The position numbers were made by a program, and so were the translations under genes. Below are positions 15,078 to 26,678 of a stretch of DNA of 31,872 bases, piece after piece. The notes below the pieces were generated by a model. It had not been told where the DNA came from. It did no database searches and saw nothing but the letters and a program-made list of their open reading frames with translations. Each line of letters begins with the position of its first letter. Positions within the stretch are counted from its first letter, which is position 1. Source of the DNA: Trichoplax sp. H2 (Eukaryota); contig NOWV01000128.1 in NCBI GenBank assembly GCA_003344405.1, positions 186,001 through 217,872 of the forward strand. Direction: 5' to 3'.

Positions 15078-15092
15078 ATTGCCCATGGGTAC
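15078..15092. promoter_or_regulatory. Degenerate X-box-like palindrome proximal to CFAP65
   Basis: ATTGCCCATGGGTAC (reverse complement GTACCC ATG GGCAAT), about 250 bp upstream of the ATG. The match to consensus is imperfect. Confidence 0.35.
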
Positions 15093-15556
15093 GATTGCTA
15101 TAACATCAAATAAAATTGTAGCCTTATAAACATCTTAAAATGGCGAGAATAAGATAGTTGTTGTTATAAGCAAAGATATTACTATCCTTCATCAAATGCG
15201 GCGCCACGACTCTCATGAGCGTTGTGTATATTATATCAAATTATAAATCTAATTTTACATTATATTATTAGCTATATTTGATTATTATATTGTAAATTAT
15301 GGTAGAATGTTTTGCCATCTTACCTAATTGATTGAATTCAGTAGAGAAGTATCAGCAGAGTCTTATCCTGTAACTGAAGCGATCACGACTTCTATTATTA
15401 ATTTACCTTCACTTCTTGAAGATGGAATGGTTGGAGTTTAAATTAAATTCAAATCTATAAGATAACTCAATAGAAATTAGGCCAAAGTTAACTTAAGCCC
15501 ATCTATGCCACAGTATATGGTGTTCAAGTGTTAAACTTAAGCTAGCATCCTTGCCT

Positions 15557-15570
15557 GTTGCTATGGAAAC
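15557..15570. promoter_or_regulatory. RFX X-box upstream of CFAP65
   Basis: GTTGCTATGGAAAC matches the X-box consensus GTHNYYATRRNAAC and lies about 730 bp upstream of the ATG of a ciliary gene. Confidence 0.7.
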
Positions 15571-17083
15571 TTGAACAATACATACAAGTTCATCATGTAC
15601 AGTTGTTAGATGTTATTGTTTTATATACATTCATTCACTATATAAGCGCATTCGTTCTTTACTGATTTGTATTTTAAAGTCTGCTTATATTAAAATTCTA
15701 ACTGAATCGATAAGAATTACATATAATTATGTATAATCTTCACGCTACATTAAAGATATGCTTATATGGCATACTATAAATCTAGTGATGGCTATATAAA
15801 ATGTCATTTTAAAGATATCTCTTGTTCTCTTCTAGCTTCTACTTCAAATAGTAGATGATGTTATAACTCCAATTTGAATAGCTTTGAATAGTGAATTATA
15901 TAAATGGAACATATCATATAGATTCTCTAATCATTGCTCACGTAATAGAGCAAATTTTTAATAAAAAAATGTTACGGCGAATTAGGAGAATAAAATTTTC
16001 TTCGGTAGTAGCATTTTTCGATACTAAATTACTGTAATATACTGTTTAAATTAGGACTCTATACTCGTAAAGAACCATGTACCGAGTACTTTCTTCTGTA
16101 ATACTTAAAGTTATAATTTAGCTATTGCTGATAAGGTGGTTCTATATTTATTAGTTTGACAGTTTTCTTATTGGCTACTCTCATCATAAAACTACTCAAT
16201 GATATCATTTTGATACCGGTTTAATTGACATGCTGCATAAAATATCATGATATAATCTGTCTTCTAATCCATTTATGATACATCTCAGCGAACGAAGAAG
16301 TCGTTTTCATAAGCATGCAAATGTAAGGGTCAACCAATCCTATAAATGCTTCTTCATGGGTATGCAATACTTTGCTTCCTAGCTGCATTTCAGTGCTGAT
16401 TCATATTCAAGTCATGCTTTAAATGATACTCTTGATAAAGGAATATACGTGACAAGTAGTAGTTATTATTAATCTGCAATGGGATTCCACAACTTATAAA
16501 AGCAATACGGCATATCATTACAAACTTTTAGCAGTTATTAACGCCATTTAGTGTTGGCTGCCTCTATATCAACTAATGATTCATATTATAGTTCTCCATG
16601 ATCGATGTACCTACTCAAACATATGATACAAAGAGTTATCTTGTTACCTATGCAAGATTAAAGTATTAGGCCTGTTTTAGTAACGATTCGATTGCATCCT
16701 GTTGCAATCTCTGATAATTAATAGAATAGAATGAACTAGATAGAAAGCATCATTAGATGCTATCGAAAACTTCTGAGTAATGCTTATTATCGACGGAATC
16801 GTGATAGTGAGAGTGCAAATACTACCATGGCTCTTAAAATTACTAGTTGCTATTGAAAGAGGTAATCATAACACTCCTAACCAATCTGGCTATAATTCTT
16901 CCTGGTTAAACCCATGTGTACCATAATTTAGGTTATGTGCATTGGATTTTTGATTATTATATGCATGCTACAGCATTCTAGGCCCTATACATTACTATTA
17001 TGTTAGTAGTGGCCAGTACAGCAGTATTAATCAATGAAATGTTCTATAAATGATCGCATAGATCTATATAAGCACAGGGTTAC

Positions 17084-17097
17084 GTTACTATGGTATC
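17084..17097. promoter_or_regulatory. X-box-like motif upstream of small + strand gene
   Basis: GTTACTATGGTATC is one mismatch from GTTRCYATGGYAAC and lies about 200 bp upstream of ATG 17293. Confidence 0.5.
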
Positions 17098-17292
17098 CAT
17101 GTCTAGACTGCCCATACGTCAAAGCACTTGTTGCTAAGTAGATTATGAATAAGCTTATTCACGTTATTGCCTACGCCAATTATTAATATATAATTACATC
17201 GTTGGAGCAAATTAAAATCACCAACTTATAAACCGGTGTTTGACGTGATTCTTTCCTAATCTTAGCAATAAGTTAAGATTATATAATTAATA

Positions 17293-18958
17293 ATGGAGGC
17301 TTTGCATAAAGAAGCACTGAGACGCCAACGGACAGCGGAAATAAGAGCCTATATAAAGGAAAAACAAGTAAGTCATGATAATGATGTCCTTCATTAAAGT
17401 AAGGGGCTTTTTTTATAAATCCAAGCTTTTATCATTATCTTGGACGTTTACAAATTGCAATCTATCTATCGTAAGATTTTTAAATTGCAACATAATAATT
17501 ATTCTACGCTACAGATTAACAGAGTTTTAAGTAATCAATTAGTCATGCAACGTGTAAAAAGTTTGATGGGAGCTATTTCAATAAACTACGGTGTATCCTT
17601 TTCTTGGTCCCCAAAGAACGAATTAGTACATCTTCATCATGTTCCAACCCTCTTAGTACAATATCGTCTTACACTTTGATTATGTGCCTAGAGTCTTATT
17701 TATAAGATAGTGGTGATTAGGCTTAGGGGATGTGGTACCGTAGGTATATCCAATGCTCCTTAACGACTGCATATTATATAAATCGAATAAAATGTACATA
17801 AATTGGCGATCACGTCGTGCTAGAATATGGTTTTAGTACGATAGTCAATGGAAACTATTCTGGTTGTATCATATTATAGCAGTGATTCACCTAATTACTG
17901 TTGTTGCTTTTCTGTTTCTGTCAGTTAAGGGATTACTGCATGTACTTCGATCTTTCCGAGATAAGATTGCATTTATAGATAGAGTAGGTTAAGTTAGCCT
18001 GTATTTTTGGTTATAGTACAGTTTAGGAGTTTTTCACATATACTTATGTAAATAATGCACAATCATACTATAGCGTGCAAAAGTTGCAGGAATTGAAATC
18101 ATAGATATTCGAAACTGTTGATCGATGGACGATTATAATTTAGATTACACTGTTTAGTTCTATATTGGCTTGCTATAAAATTTTAAGAGATTTCATTTAA
18201 GCAAAGATTATATAATCAAGTATTTCCATTTTTAGTACCGTTAAAAGATGTAGTATTAATATATGGCAAGTGGATAGTTTTTCTTGCCAAGTATTAGAGA
18301 CTCCACTACGAAAGTGTTATTCAATCATATTTTAATTCCCCAATGCAAATCTACCGTATGTATGCCTGTTAAAATATATCAAAGTTACATTTTCAAAGGG
18401 TGTTCACTAATAACTATATTTGGACTTTTATTGTAAGGGCGCTGGCGTTAGCATTAATAAATCAAATCAGCAACCAGTAAGACCAGGAACTGATGAAAGT
18501 GTTACTGGAGGTCCAATGAATAGAAAATTTACTGTGAGCGTTGTATATAGAATGATTGAATGTTTTTGAAATTAAATTATACGGTGGTTGCCTTAGCGAT
18601 GTTGGTCATACAGTAATGAGTAAATACTATGATCAATTATTAGAAGCTGCATGTGCTACAGTTATACAATATAATAAATAATACTTTCTCAATAGCAATT
18701 AAAGCTTGTAATTTTGTGGTTAGATTTGAAATGGAAATATGTTATTAATAATTTAGATCATGTATTATCAGATAGCATGCCTATGCAATGCTTTTAACAA
18801 TTATAACCAATAGTGGCTTTAGACACATGTGAAGCAAGATAGGATAATATAGCGTAACGTAATTTTAGCTCGTAGCGAATAAACTATCATGTCGAAATTA
18901 ATATTTTGATGTTGATTTTTTTAATTTTCAGTCCAAAGACTATTTAATGCAATGGTAG
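17293..18958 (+). CDS. Candidate 65-aa microprotein, 3 exons (17293-17367, 18438-18533, 18932-18958)
   Basis: MEALHKEALRRQRTAEIRAYIKEKQ|GTAAGT ... AAG|GAGVSINKSNQQPVRPGTDESVTGGPMNRKFT|GTGAG ... TTTTCAG|SKDYLMQW*. All junctions are phase 0 with good donors. The exons look coding-like against AT-rich flanks, and there is an in-frame TAA just upstream of the ATG. Confidence 0.6.
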
Positions 18959-20218
18959 AGACCGCAATTAATATCCATTTCTCTATAAATGACAAGACAC
19001 ATTCTGGAATTTAATAATTATTTATTTAATTACATATCTAACGATCAAATTAATCATGCATGGTTTCAATTGGTTTCCATTTGTACTCACTCGCCTGTTA
19101 CTTTTTAACATATGTATATATAATACATGTACATATATATCTATTCGCATGCATAAAGTACGTAGTTTATGTTTGCGCTGATGTATATTATTTTGGATGT
19201 GCGATTTCCTCCTATAATTACTAGTAGAAGCGTTGCTCGTGATACTTTGCGCGCTGTTTTGTCCTCTTGCTTTATATTTGAATCTATATCAATTTTATCC
19301 ATTATGAGTTATTAATGATCAATTGGTACTACATTATAATCTGTCATATTGCAACATATACACGGATAATCATCTGCACTAGCTAACTTTAATATCAATT
19401 TGAGTTGTCTATCTGCAACTATATCTAGGATTTCAAAATAAAATATCGTAATTTGCTATATTTAATTCTGCTGCTTCTATCTACTGATGTCAATTCGAAA
19501 TTTTCAATGACGAGGCAAAAGTTGGCTCTCATAATTTGCGGTGTAAGAAAATTTATTATAGGTTTGCAAGGTAAATGAATGTAGCGATTTAAGAAGATAT
19601 CTATCTATTGGATGAATTTTTATTTACATTTCTATTTCAAAATCAGGGTCTAATGCTATAGGCATTTCTTATAGCACCCAAGGATATCACCTATCATGAA
19701 GGCCTGACTTAAGCTAACAGTCAAGATGACATAGTCGCATATTAAATATAAGTCTAAACAAGGCAGCTTGGAAACATGAAGGTGAAATTATTTAAAATAA
19801 TAAATATAAAATGGTTTGCAACTTATTTTAGTAGAGTGACACCTTTAATAGGATTGTACATCAAAGGTTCGTATGCAATAAGAAAAAGTATCGAGGCATG
19901 ACTACACACAAAAAGAAGACATTTTATTGTCAGGTTCATGCTTTGATAGCATCATAAGGCAATTTATGTTCATAATATCATACAGTAAATGGAACTGCAC
20001 CTAAAGAGTACGTATAAAGTATGCAGTTGCAGTGGTTGGCAATTAACGTTATGCAAATACCACTGAGTATCAAATCATCCAAATGCAAAAACTTATATAG
20101 TCTAACATATCCGATACAATATGCAGACTACAGGTCGTGCGAACTGGATTGTAGCAAGAGCAAGAGCAAGAAATTTATCTAGTTTGGCGATAATTTTATT
20201 TCCTGTAAGGAAGGAGAA

Positions 20219-21733
20219 TTAGTCAGATTTATCTTTAACGGATTTTCCTCGACAACAAGAGCTTCGGAAGCAGTAATAGATTACCGACAGTAAGACGATA
20301 ATTAAGCAGGCCATATCCAGAAAGTATAATTGCCAAAAAGATAAGCTGTATTGATAGACTCTTAAGTGATTTGCTCCTTTACCTTCGGCTATATATTCAA
20401 TCCAATCGACTACGGATTGGCGTGGAGTGCGCGGTTTATTACGCAGTAGTCTTGAAATTTTGTTGACGTTTCGAGTAAAGCTGTCGTTGTTGGTCGCTTG
20501 TGAAATTGCTGAAACTAAATCACTTGCATTAAAGTCGTTATAGTTTACATGGACTGCAATACCAGCATAAATCATGCGTATCATGTTTGTATTTTGTTCG
20601 TTTGTTATAGGAATGCCAATCATAGGAACACCATGATAAGCCCCTTCATACATACTATTGGAGCCACAATGAGTTACAAAAGCTTTAACACTTTGACTCC
20701 CTAAAATATCATTTTGAGGTAGCCATTTTCCGATATTAACGTTATAAGGGAGGTTATCGATTTCTTTTGCAGTCTTCCATAAGATGCAGTGTGATAGCCT
20801 TGCAAATGCATCCATTAATGCAGGTAATTGATCATCACGAAATTGATATAGGCTACCAAGTGAAACATAAATAACACCACGACGATGACATTTATCCATA
20901 AATAGTTGCAACTTCTGAGGTAGGCTAGCAGGAGGTTGAGGTGTTAATGGGCCAATCATACGAACATTAGGTAGTAGTGGTCGTGCAAATTCAATCGCAA
21001 AATCAGCATTCAATAATACAAGTGAAGGTTTTAAAAATAATTGGCGTAGAGAAAGGTTTAAGCTAATATTGAATTGTTGGCGTAATTCGTTGATTGCAGG
21101 AGTGGAATAATAATGGACAATGAGCTTCGTCAAAATACCGGCAAAACAGTTGACAATGCGTTGATAGAATGACATCTGTGGAGTTAATTGGACACCAAAT
21201 TGGGGTATATAAGCTAGTGGATTGGGATTTTCCAATAAGCCATAAATATACAAATCCATGAAAGCGCCAGGTGATAGTAAAATGTTGACTTTATCGATTT
21301 TTTCAGGTAATAAATAGCTACAAAGGTAGACAAGATCGCTAACAACGACATCGGCATCGGCAATAGCTTGCATGATTCGAGTGTTATTCAAGGTTTTACT
21401 GCAATATGATTTTTGTACTTGGATCATATAAGCAATAACTGCATTACCGTTCTTACTATTAATTAGTTTGGTAATTTTATCAAAGCTAATAGGCTGATCA
21501 ATATTAAATCTAGCCATAGGAACTTGGCTATTTTCCAAGGCGTCTCTCTCTTCGACCACTAAAATAACATCATGTCCACGCAATTGCAGTTCTCGACTGA
21601 CAATTTCCATAATGATGGTATGACTTTTGCCATACATGGGTAAAGTGACGACTTTTAATCCGAAAGTGTTACTCGATAGCAAAGTTAAAAACAAGGTAAT
21701 GACCATAATGATGATGTAAGTTAATTTGGCCAT
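20219..21733 (-). CDS. UDP-glucuronosyl/UDP-glycosyltransferase (GT1 family), ER membrane type, single coding exon
   Basis: 504-aa ORF with an N-terminal signal peptide, catalytic His in GKSH, and the UGT signature WLPQNDILG...FVTHCGSNSMYEGAYHGVPMIGIPITNEQ. It ends with a C-terminal TM helix after FWQLYFLD and a KxKxx ER-retrieval tail (KDKSD). Confidence 0.95.
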   Translation of the reverse strand: MAKLTYIIIMVITLFLTLLSSNTFGLKVVTLPMYGKSHTIIMEIVSRELQLRGHDVILVVEERDALENSQVPMARFNIDQPISFDKITKLINSKNGNAVIAYMIQVQKSYCSKTLNNTRIMQAIADADVVVSDLVYLCSYLLPEKIDKVNILLSPGAFMDLYIYGLLENPNPLAYIPQFGVQLTPQMSFYQRIVNCFAGILTKLIVHYYSTPAINELRQQFNISLNLSLRQLFLKPSLVLLNADFAIEFARPLLPNVRMIGPLTPQPPASLPQKLQLFMDKCHRRGVIYVSLGSLYQFRDDQLPALMDAFARLSHCILWKTAKEIDNLPYNVNIGKWLPQNDILGSQSVKAFVTHCGSNSMYEGAYHGVPMIGIPITNEQNTNMIRMIYAGIAVHVNYNDFNASDLVSAISQATNNDSFTRNVNKISRLLRNKPRTPRQSVVDWIEYIAEGKGANHLRVYQYSLSFWQLYFLDMACLIIVLLSVIYYCFRSSCCRGKSVKDKSD

Positions 21734-22029
21734 TCTTGCTCAATGTTGCTGACTTTGGATTAACGAAATCAATCTAGTTGTGAATAGGCTTTAACAAAAT
21801 GTTTCGTTCTTGAATCGTGCAATGCCTAGAAAGTAAAAAGTGAGAAATTTAGCAATTTTTGTTGAAAAGAAATGGATATCGCTCGCTTTGCCTAGACTTG
21901 AATCAATTGATCTTTCAATGATGGATCGTATCGTACTTTTAGTAAGCAAAAGAGTAAAGAACTAGAAGCTTTACTTAAATGGAGCACGTATAACTTTAAG
22001 GTAGGCTTTGATTTAATGTATCTGTCATA

Positions 22030-23000
22030 AATCTGTCGATGATGAATCCGTGTTTCAGTAAGGACATGAGAGTGTAGGTGGGAAGAGCTGTGTTTCAACA
22101 GGATCGATATGATGTTGAAGCTAGGAGAAAATGTACTGATGATGAATCCATGTTTCGTAAGGGACTGAGAGTGTCGATGGAAAAAGCCCTGTTTCAATAG
22201 GATCGAAGTGATTTTGAAGCTAGGAGAAAATGTGCTGATGATGAATCAACGCTTCGTAAGGAAATGAGAGTGTCGATGGAAAAAGCAAAATTTCAATAGG
22301 ATCGATATGATGTTGAAGCTAGGAGAAAATGTGCAGATGATGAATCGACGTTTCGTAGGGAAATGAGAGTGCCGACGGAAAAAGTAAAATTTCAATTGGA
22401 TCGATAGGATGTTAAAGGTAATAGAAAATCAGGCGATGATGAATCATGCAATGTTTATTTAGGCGAACAAGTCGTTGGATAGAGATGCTTTATTGATACG
22501 ATTAGACGCGATTTTGAAAGGGGAATCAATCTGTCGATGATGAATCATGCAGTATTTAGCCAAGAAAAGCGGAAGTAGAAGCTGTATTTAAATCCAGTCG
22601 ATGGAAATGTTGATATTGTTTATTTGCATTAGATAGGCACAATATTGAAAGCGGAATAAATCGATCAATGATGAATGCTATCGTGTTTCGTAAAGAAGTT
22701 AGTGTATCGATGAAGCTCTCATTCTATTGGGCACATAAGATGTTGAAATTAGGGGGAAAAAAATCGATCGATGACGAATAATTCAGTGTTGAGCTAGGAA
22801 ATGAGTGTCTAATAGGATTGGAGATGGTTGATTGACATAGGATCGATACTGAACGGGAATGCAATCTCGTCAGTGTTGATCTCTGGATGGTGAATGATTT
22901 TGTGTTGATGAAGAAATTGTCCGCGTCGATGGCGATACTTTATTCAAATTAGACAGATATAATGTTAAAGTAGAATGAATGTGTTGGCGATAAACGTTTC
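22030..23000. repeat. Degenerating ~99-bp tandem repeat array (about 9 units)
   Basis: The anchor GATGATGAATC (or a variant) occurs at 22038, 22138, 22237, 22336, 22435, 22536, 22667, 22770 and 22886. The first four units share GGATCGATATGATGTTGAAGCTAGGAGAAAATGT or close variants. Confidence 0.85.
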
Positions 23001-23914
23001 ATTAATAAGCCAGAATGCAAACTTGCCGATGGAAAGGTGCTTACCGCCAAGATCGTACTGCCATCGATGAAAAGTACTCGTATAATCGTTGTCCGATCAG
23101 GCAGCACAAGCTTGGATGGAAATAGATAGTGTCAAAATTGGATAGGAAAGAGATGAAATGGACAGTATGAATTCGTCTACGATAACAAAATGGAATAGCA
23201 AGATGGAATTGATTCAACTCTACACGTATGTTGAATTTATTGACAACAACAACGACATGATTGTTTATTGAATGCAATATTGCAAATGTTGTAGGCCTTA
23301 CCTTATGGTGATGTTGATGTTATGCTGTTTGAAATTTGCTCTTCAATCCGATGTCTACTGGTGGATGGTACAATCGCTACGTTGAACAACTATCCTCTAT
23401 TCACTGTAAAGTAATGGATTTGCACTCCACACGATCATCCAAGCTGATCATCAAGGACCAATTGACCATATGAATGGAGAGAATCGATGAAGTTGTTGAT
23501 CGTCGTCGATCCACCATCAATCTGGCAATGCAGCTTGGACGTGCTTGGATGGTAGAAAATATCGAGCGGATGTCGTCGACGTTGCCTCTTACTAGGAGAA
23601 CTGTAGAGTTTTAGATACAACTGTCCATCATCGACAAGGTTATAGCACACCAATGATGATATTAGACTGCAATCGATTGCTTGACGACGATGAGCAATAG
23701 CAATAACCAACTAAGTATGCCAATAACGAGGATGATTTCTACAATTATGATTCAAGAAGCGCGGTAGGATTGAAGAAGAGCCGAAGTGATCGCTTACAGT
23801 CCACTATCTCAAACAGCCTTTTCATCTCTATCGTTTGACCGAGTGTATCGGTCATCATCGTCGTTTGGCTGACAACAACTTGACGGCGAGTCCAACAGCC
23901 GCTCTCACCTCTTA

Positions 23915-25703
23915 CACTACACTATAGGCGATTTGCCATCCACTGCTACACTACACTGCCTTCTTCTAGCTCATTTGACTCGAATGGAGCTTCCTATTCG
24001 TATTCTCTTTTGATGGATGGATTTCTCTTCTTTTACTCTTTCTGCAATTCTTATTGCTTCATATCATTCACTGCAAATGTAGACACCATACTAAGATTGG
24101 GATATCATTAACGAAATTTACACCATAGGCTATTCGCCATCCACTGCTATTCTAGATTGCCTTCTTCTAGCTCATTTTATTCTAATGGAGCTTCCTACTC
24201 GCATTCTCTTTTGATGGATGAATTTCTCTTCTTTTACTCTTTCTGCAATTCTAATTGCTTCATATCATTCACCACAAATGTAGACACGATACTAAGATTG
24301 AGACATCATTAACAGAATTAACAGAATTTACACCATAGGCGATTTGCCATCCACTGCTACACTACACTGCCTTCTTCTAGCTCATTTTACTCTAATGGAG
24401 CTTCTTTCTCGCATTCTCTTTTGATGGATGGATTTCTCTTCTTTTACTCTCTCCGCAATTCTAATTGCTTCATATCATTCACTGCAAATGTAGACACCAT
24501 ACTAAGATTGAGACATCATTAACAGAATTTACACCATAGGCTATTCGCCATCCACTGCTACACTACATTGCCTTCTTCTAGCTCATTTTATTCTAATGGA
24601 GCTTCCTACTCGCATTCTCTTTTGATGGATGGATTTCTCTTCTTTTACTCTCTCCGCAATTCTAATTGCTTCATATCATTCACTACAAATGTAGACACCA
24701 TACTAAGATTGGGATATCATTAACAGAATTTACGCCATAGGCTATTCGCCATCCACTGCTACACTACACTGCCTTCTTCTTGCTCATTTTACTCTAATGA
24801 AGCTTACTACGCGTATTCTCTTTTACTCTCTCCGCAATTGTTATTGCTTAATATCTTTCACTACAAATGTAGACACCATACTAAGATTGAGACATCATGA
24901 ACAGAATTTACGCCATAGGCAATTCGCCATCCATTGCTACACTACACTTGTTTACTGTCCCTTACTCGTATTCTATTTTGATCGATTGATTTCCCTTCTT
25001 TTACTCCTTCCGCACCTAAAATTGCTTAATAGCATTCAGTACAATGTAGACACGATAGCAAGATTGAGGTGACATTAACAGAATTTTTAACATAGGCTAT
25101 TCGCCATCGACTAGGCCTGCACTAGACTGCCTTCTTCTTGCTCATTTTACTCTAATGAAGATGTTTCCCTACTCGTACTCTATTTTGATGAATTTTTAAT
25201 GAAGGTTAATTTGATATTTTGGGCTAGGGAAATATTTTCCAGTAATAGTGCCAATAATATATACATAACATATATATATATATATTCTCATACCCTGGAA
25301 TAAGCCAAGAGTTAATCAACAAGTTATTGATGCTTTTGGCACTCCAATAACAGCTCAGGCAACTAAATATATCGCTTGAATTATAAAATCATAATATCTG
25401 ATTCTTAACAAAAATTATGCTACGGATTATCTTATCCGAATAGAGCAGTCAGGTTTACAATATACTAATATACTAAGTAAATCGACTATTATAATTAACC
25501 AAATAAGCCCTATTTTTAAAGCTAGAATACTTATCCACGATACAAAAACTAAACTAGAATAACTCCAATACAAGATCTTGAAGGAAATTCTAGAAATTAA
25601 CCTTCATTACATATTAATTTCCCTTCTTTTACTCCCTCCTCAATTACCGTTGCTCAATACCATTCTGTACAATGTAGACATGATAGTAAGATTGAGATAG
25701 CAT
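23915..25703. repeat. ~201-bp tandem repeat array (about 7 units, last one interrupted)
   Basis: The anchor GCCATCCACTGC (or a variant) occurs at 23935, 24136, 24346, 24547, 24748, 24926 and 25103, giving spacings of 201, 210, 201, 201, 178 and 177. The seventh unit stops at ~25195 and resumes at ~25613. Confidence 0.93.
25197..25609. mobile_element. Non-autonomous TIR element (MITE-like), 413 bp
   Basis: TAATGAAGGTTAATTT (25197-25212) is the exact reverse complement of AAATTAACCTTCATTA (25594-25609). The AT-rich non-coding interval splits one unit of the 201-bp array. Confidence 0.75.
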
Positions 25704-25959
25704 CAACTCCCCAATCACAAGAAATATTCTTACCAATGGAGAATTGGTGTATTGGAAAGAGTGAAAATTAGCATTATCACATATGGCTGTGGACACAGTC
25801 GAGTACTGAATTTCTTCATGAGCATAGGCCAATCTAGGCAATCTAAAGCCGGTATACGATGAGTTAATCGATTCATCTTACAACTAATTTTGAGCTAATT
25901 TGGAGCTGCACTCGATCACCAGGTGTAGAAATGCACGGTTGTACCTATACCATAGCTGG

Positions 25960-26658
25960 TTAAATACTTCTTGAGCTTCAACACATACATCATAATCAAT
26001 GTCCTTTTCTTCGACGAAATCTTTTCTCACTAAAGATATTTCGGCCAGAATTTTAGTTGGCTTTCCTTGAATATATCCATCGATAACGTAGTTATCAACT
26101 TCGCTGGATTTCCTGATTTGTAATACCGATACCTTCTTAGATTCTTCTTTTCTTTTTTTCAAATCATATCTCTCGGGACATGCATTAGCTAAATGTTTGT
26201 CAGAGCCACAAGTATAACATGACTTCTTTTCACCAGCTTTAGGTTTATGATACGTTTTCGTCGTATTATTCCCATGTGAATCTTTATTAGAATTCGGTTT
26301 ATTCTTTTTGAAGTCTTGATAACCAGAATTAGCCAGATATTGATCTGCTGCTGCCAACAAACTTTCCCATGATCTTGGATTTTGAGTTTGGACATGTCTC
26401 ATTAATTCTCGACCATATGCGTCTTGTGACCAATTAGAATATTGATGATCAAATAAAATTGTATCTTCTATACTTAGATGCGAATGTTGGATCCATCTAT
26501 TGAGTAGATCTTTCTTTTTAGCTCCATATTCTGTAAAGGTTTCATCTTGTTTTCTTTTCAACGTCATGAATTTAGTTCTATAAGCATCAGCAGTTATATG
26601 ATATGCATCAATAATTTTGCTCTTTACGAATTCATAATCTTGTAATTCCTCATTCGAT
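25960..26658 (-). mobile_element. Ty3/Gypsy gag-protease fragment, copy 1 (runs into assembly gap; protease active site deleted)
   Basis: 26009-26658 aligns to 27539-28200. It contains a capsid region, the CYTCGSDKHLANAC zinc knuckle, and ILAEISLV where copy 2 has ILADSGAEISLV. Confidence 0.88.
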
Positions 26659-26678
26659 NNNNNNNNNNNNNNNNNNNN
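26659..26678. other. Assembly gap (20 N)
   Basis: Run of N characters. Confidence 1.

Noticed and set aside
21892-25072. Short ORFs 21892-22197, 23041-23277, 23435-23710 and 24797-25072
   Set aside because: They are chance frames in or beside tandem repeats, and sister units have stops or frame-breaking indels.
23915-25190. CRISPR-like array
   Set aside because: Whole 201-bp units are repeated with no unique spacers, there are no cas genes, and the context is eukaryotic.
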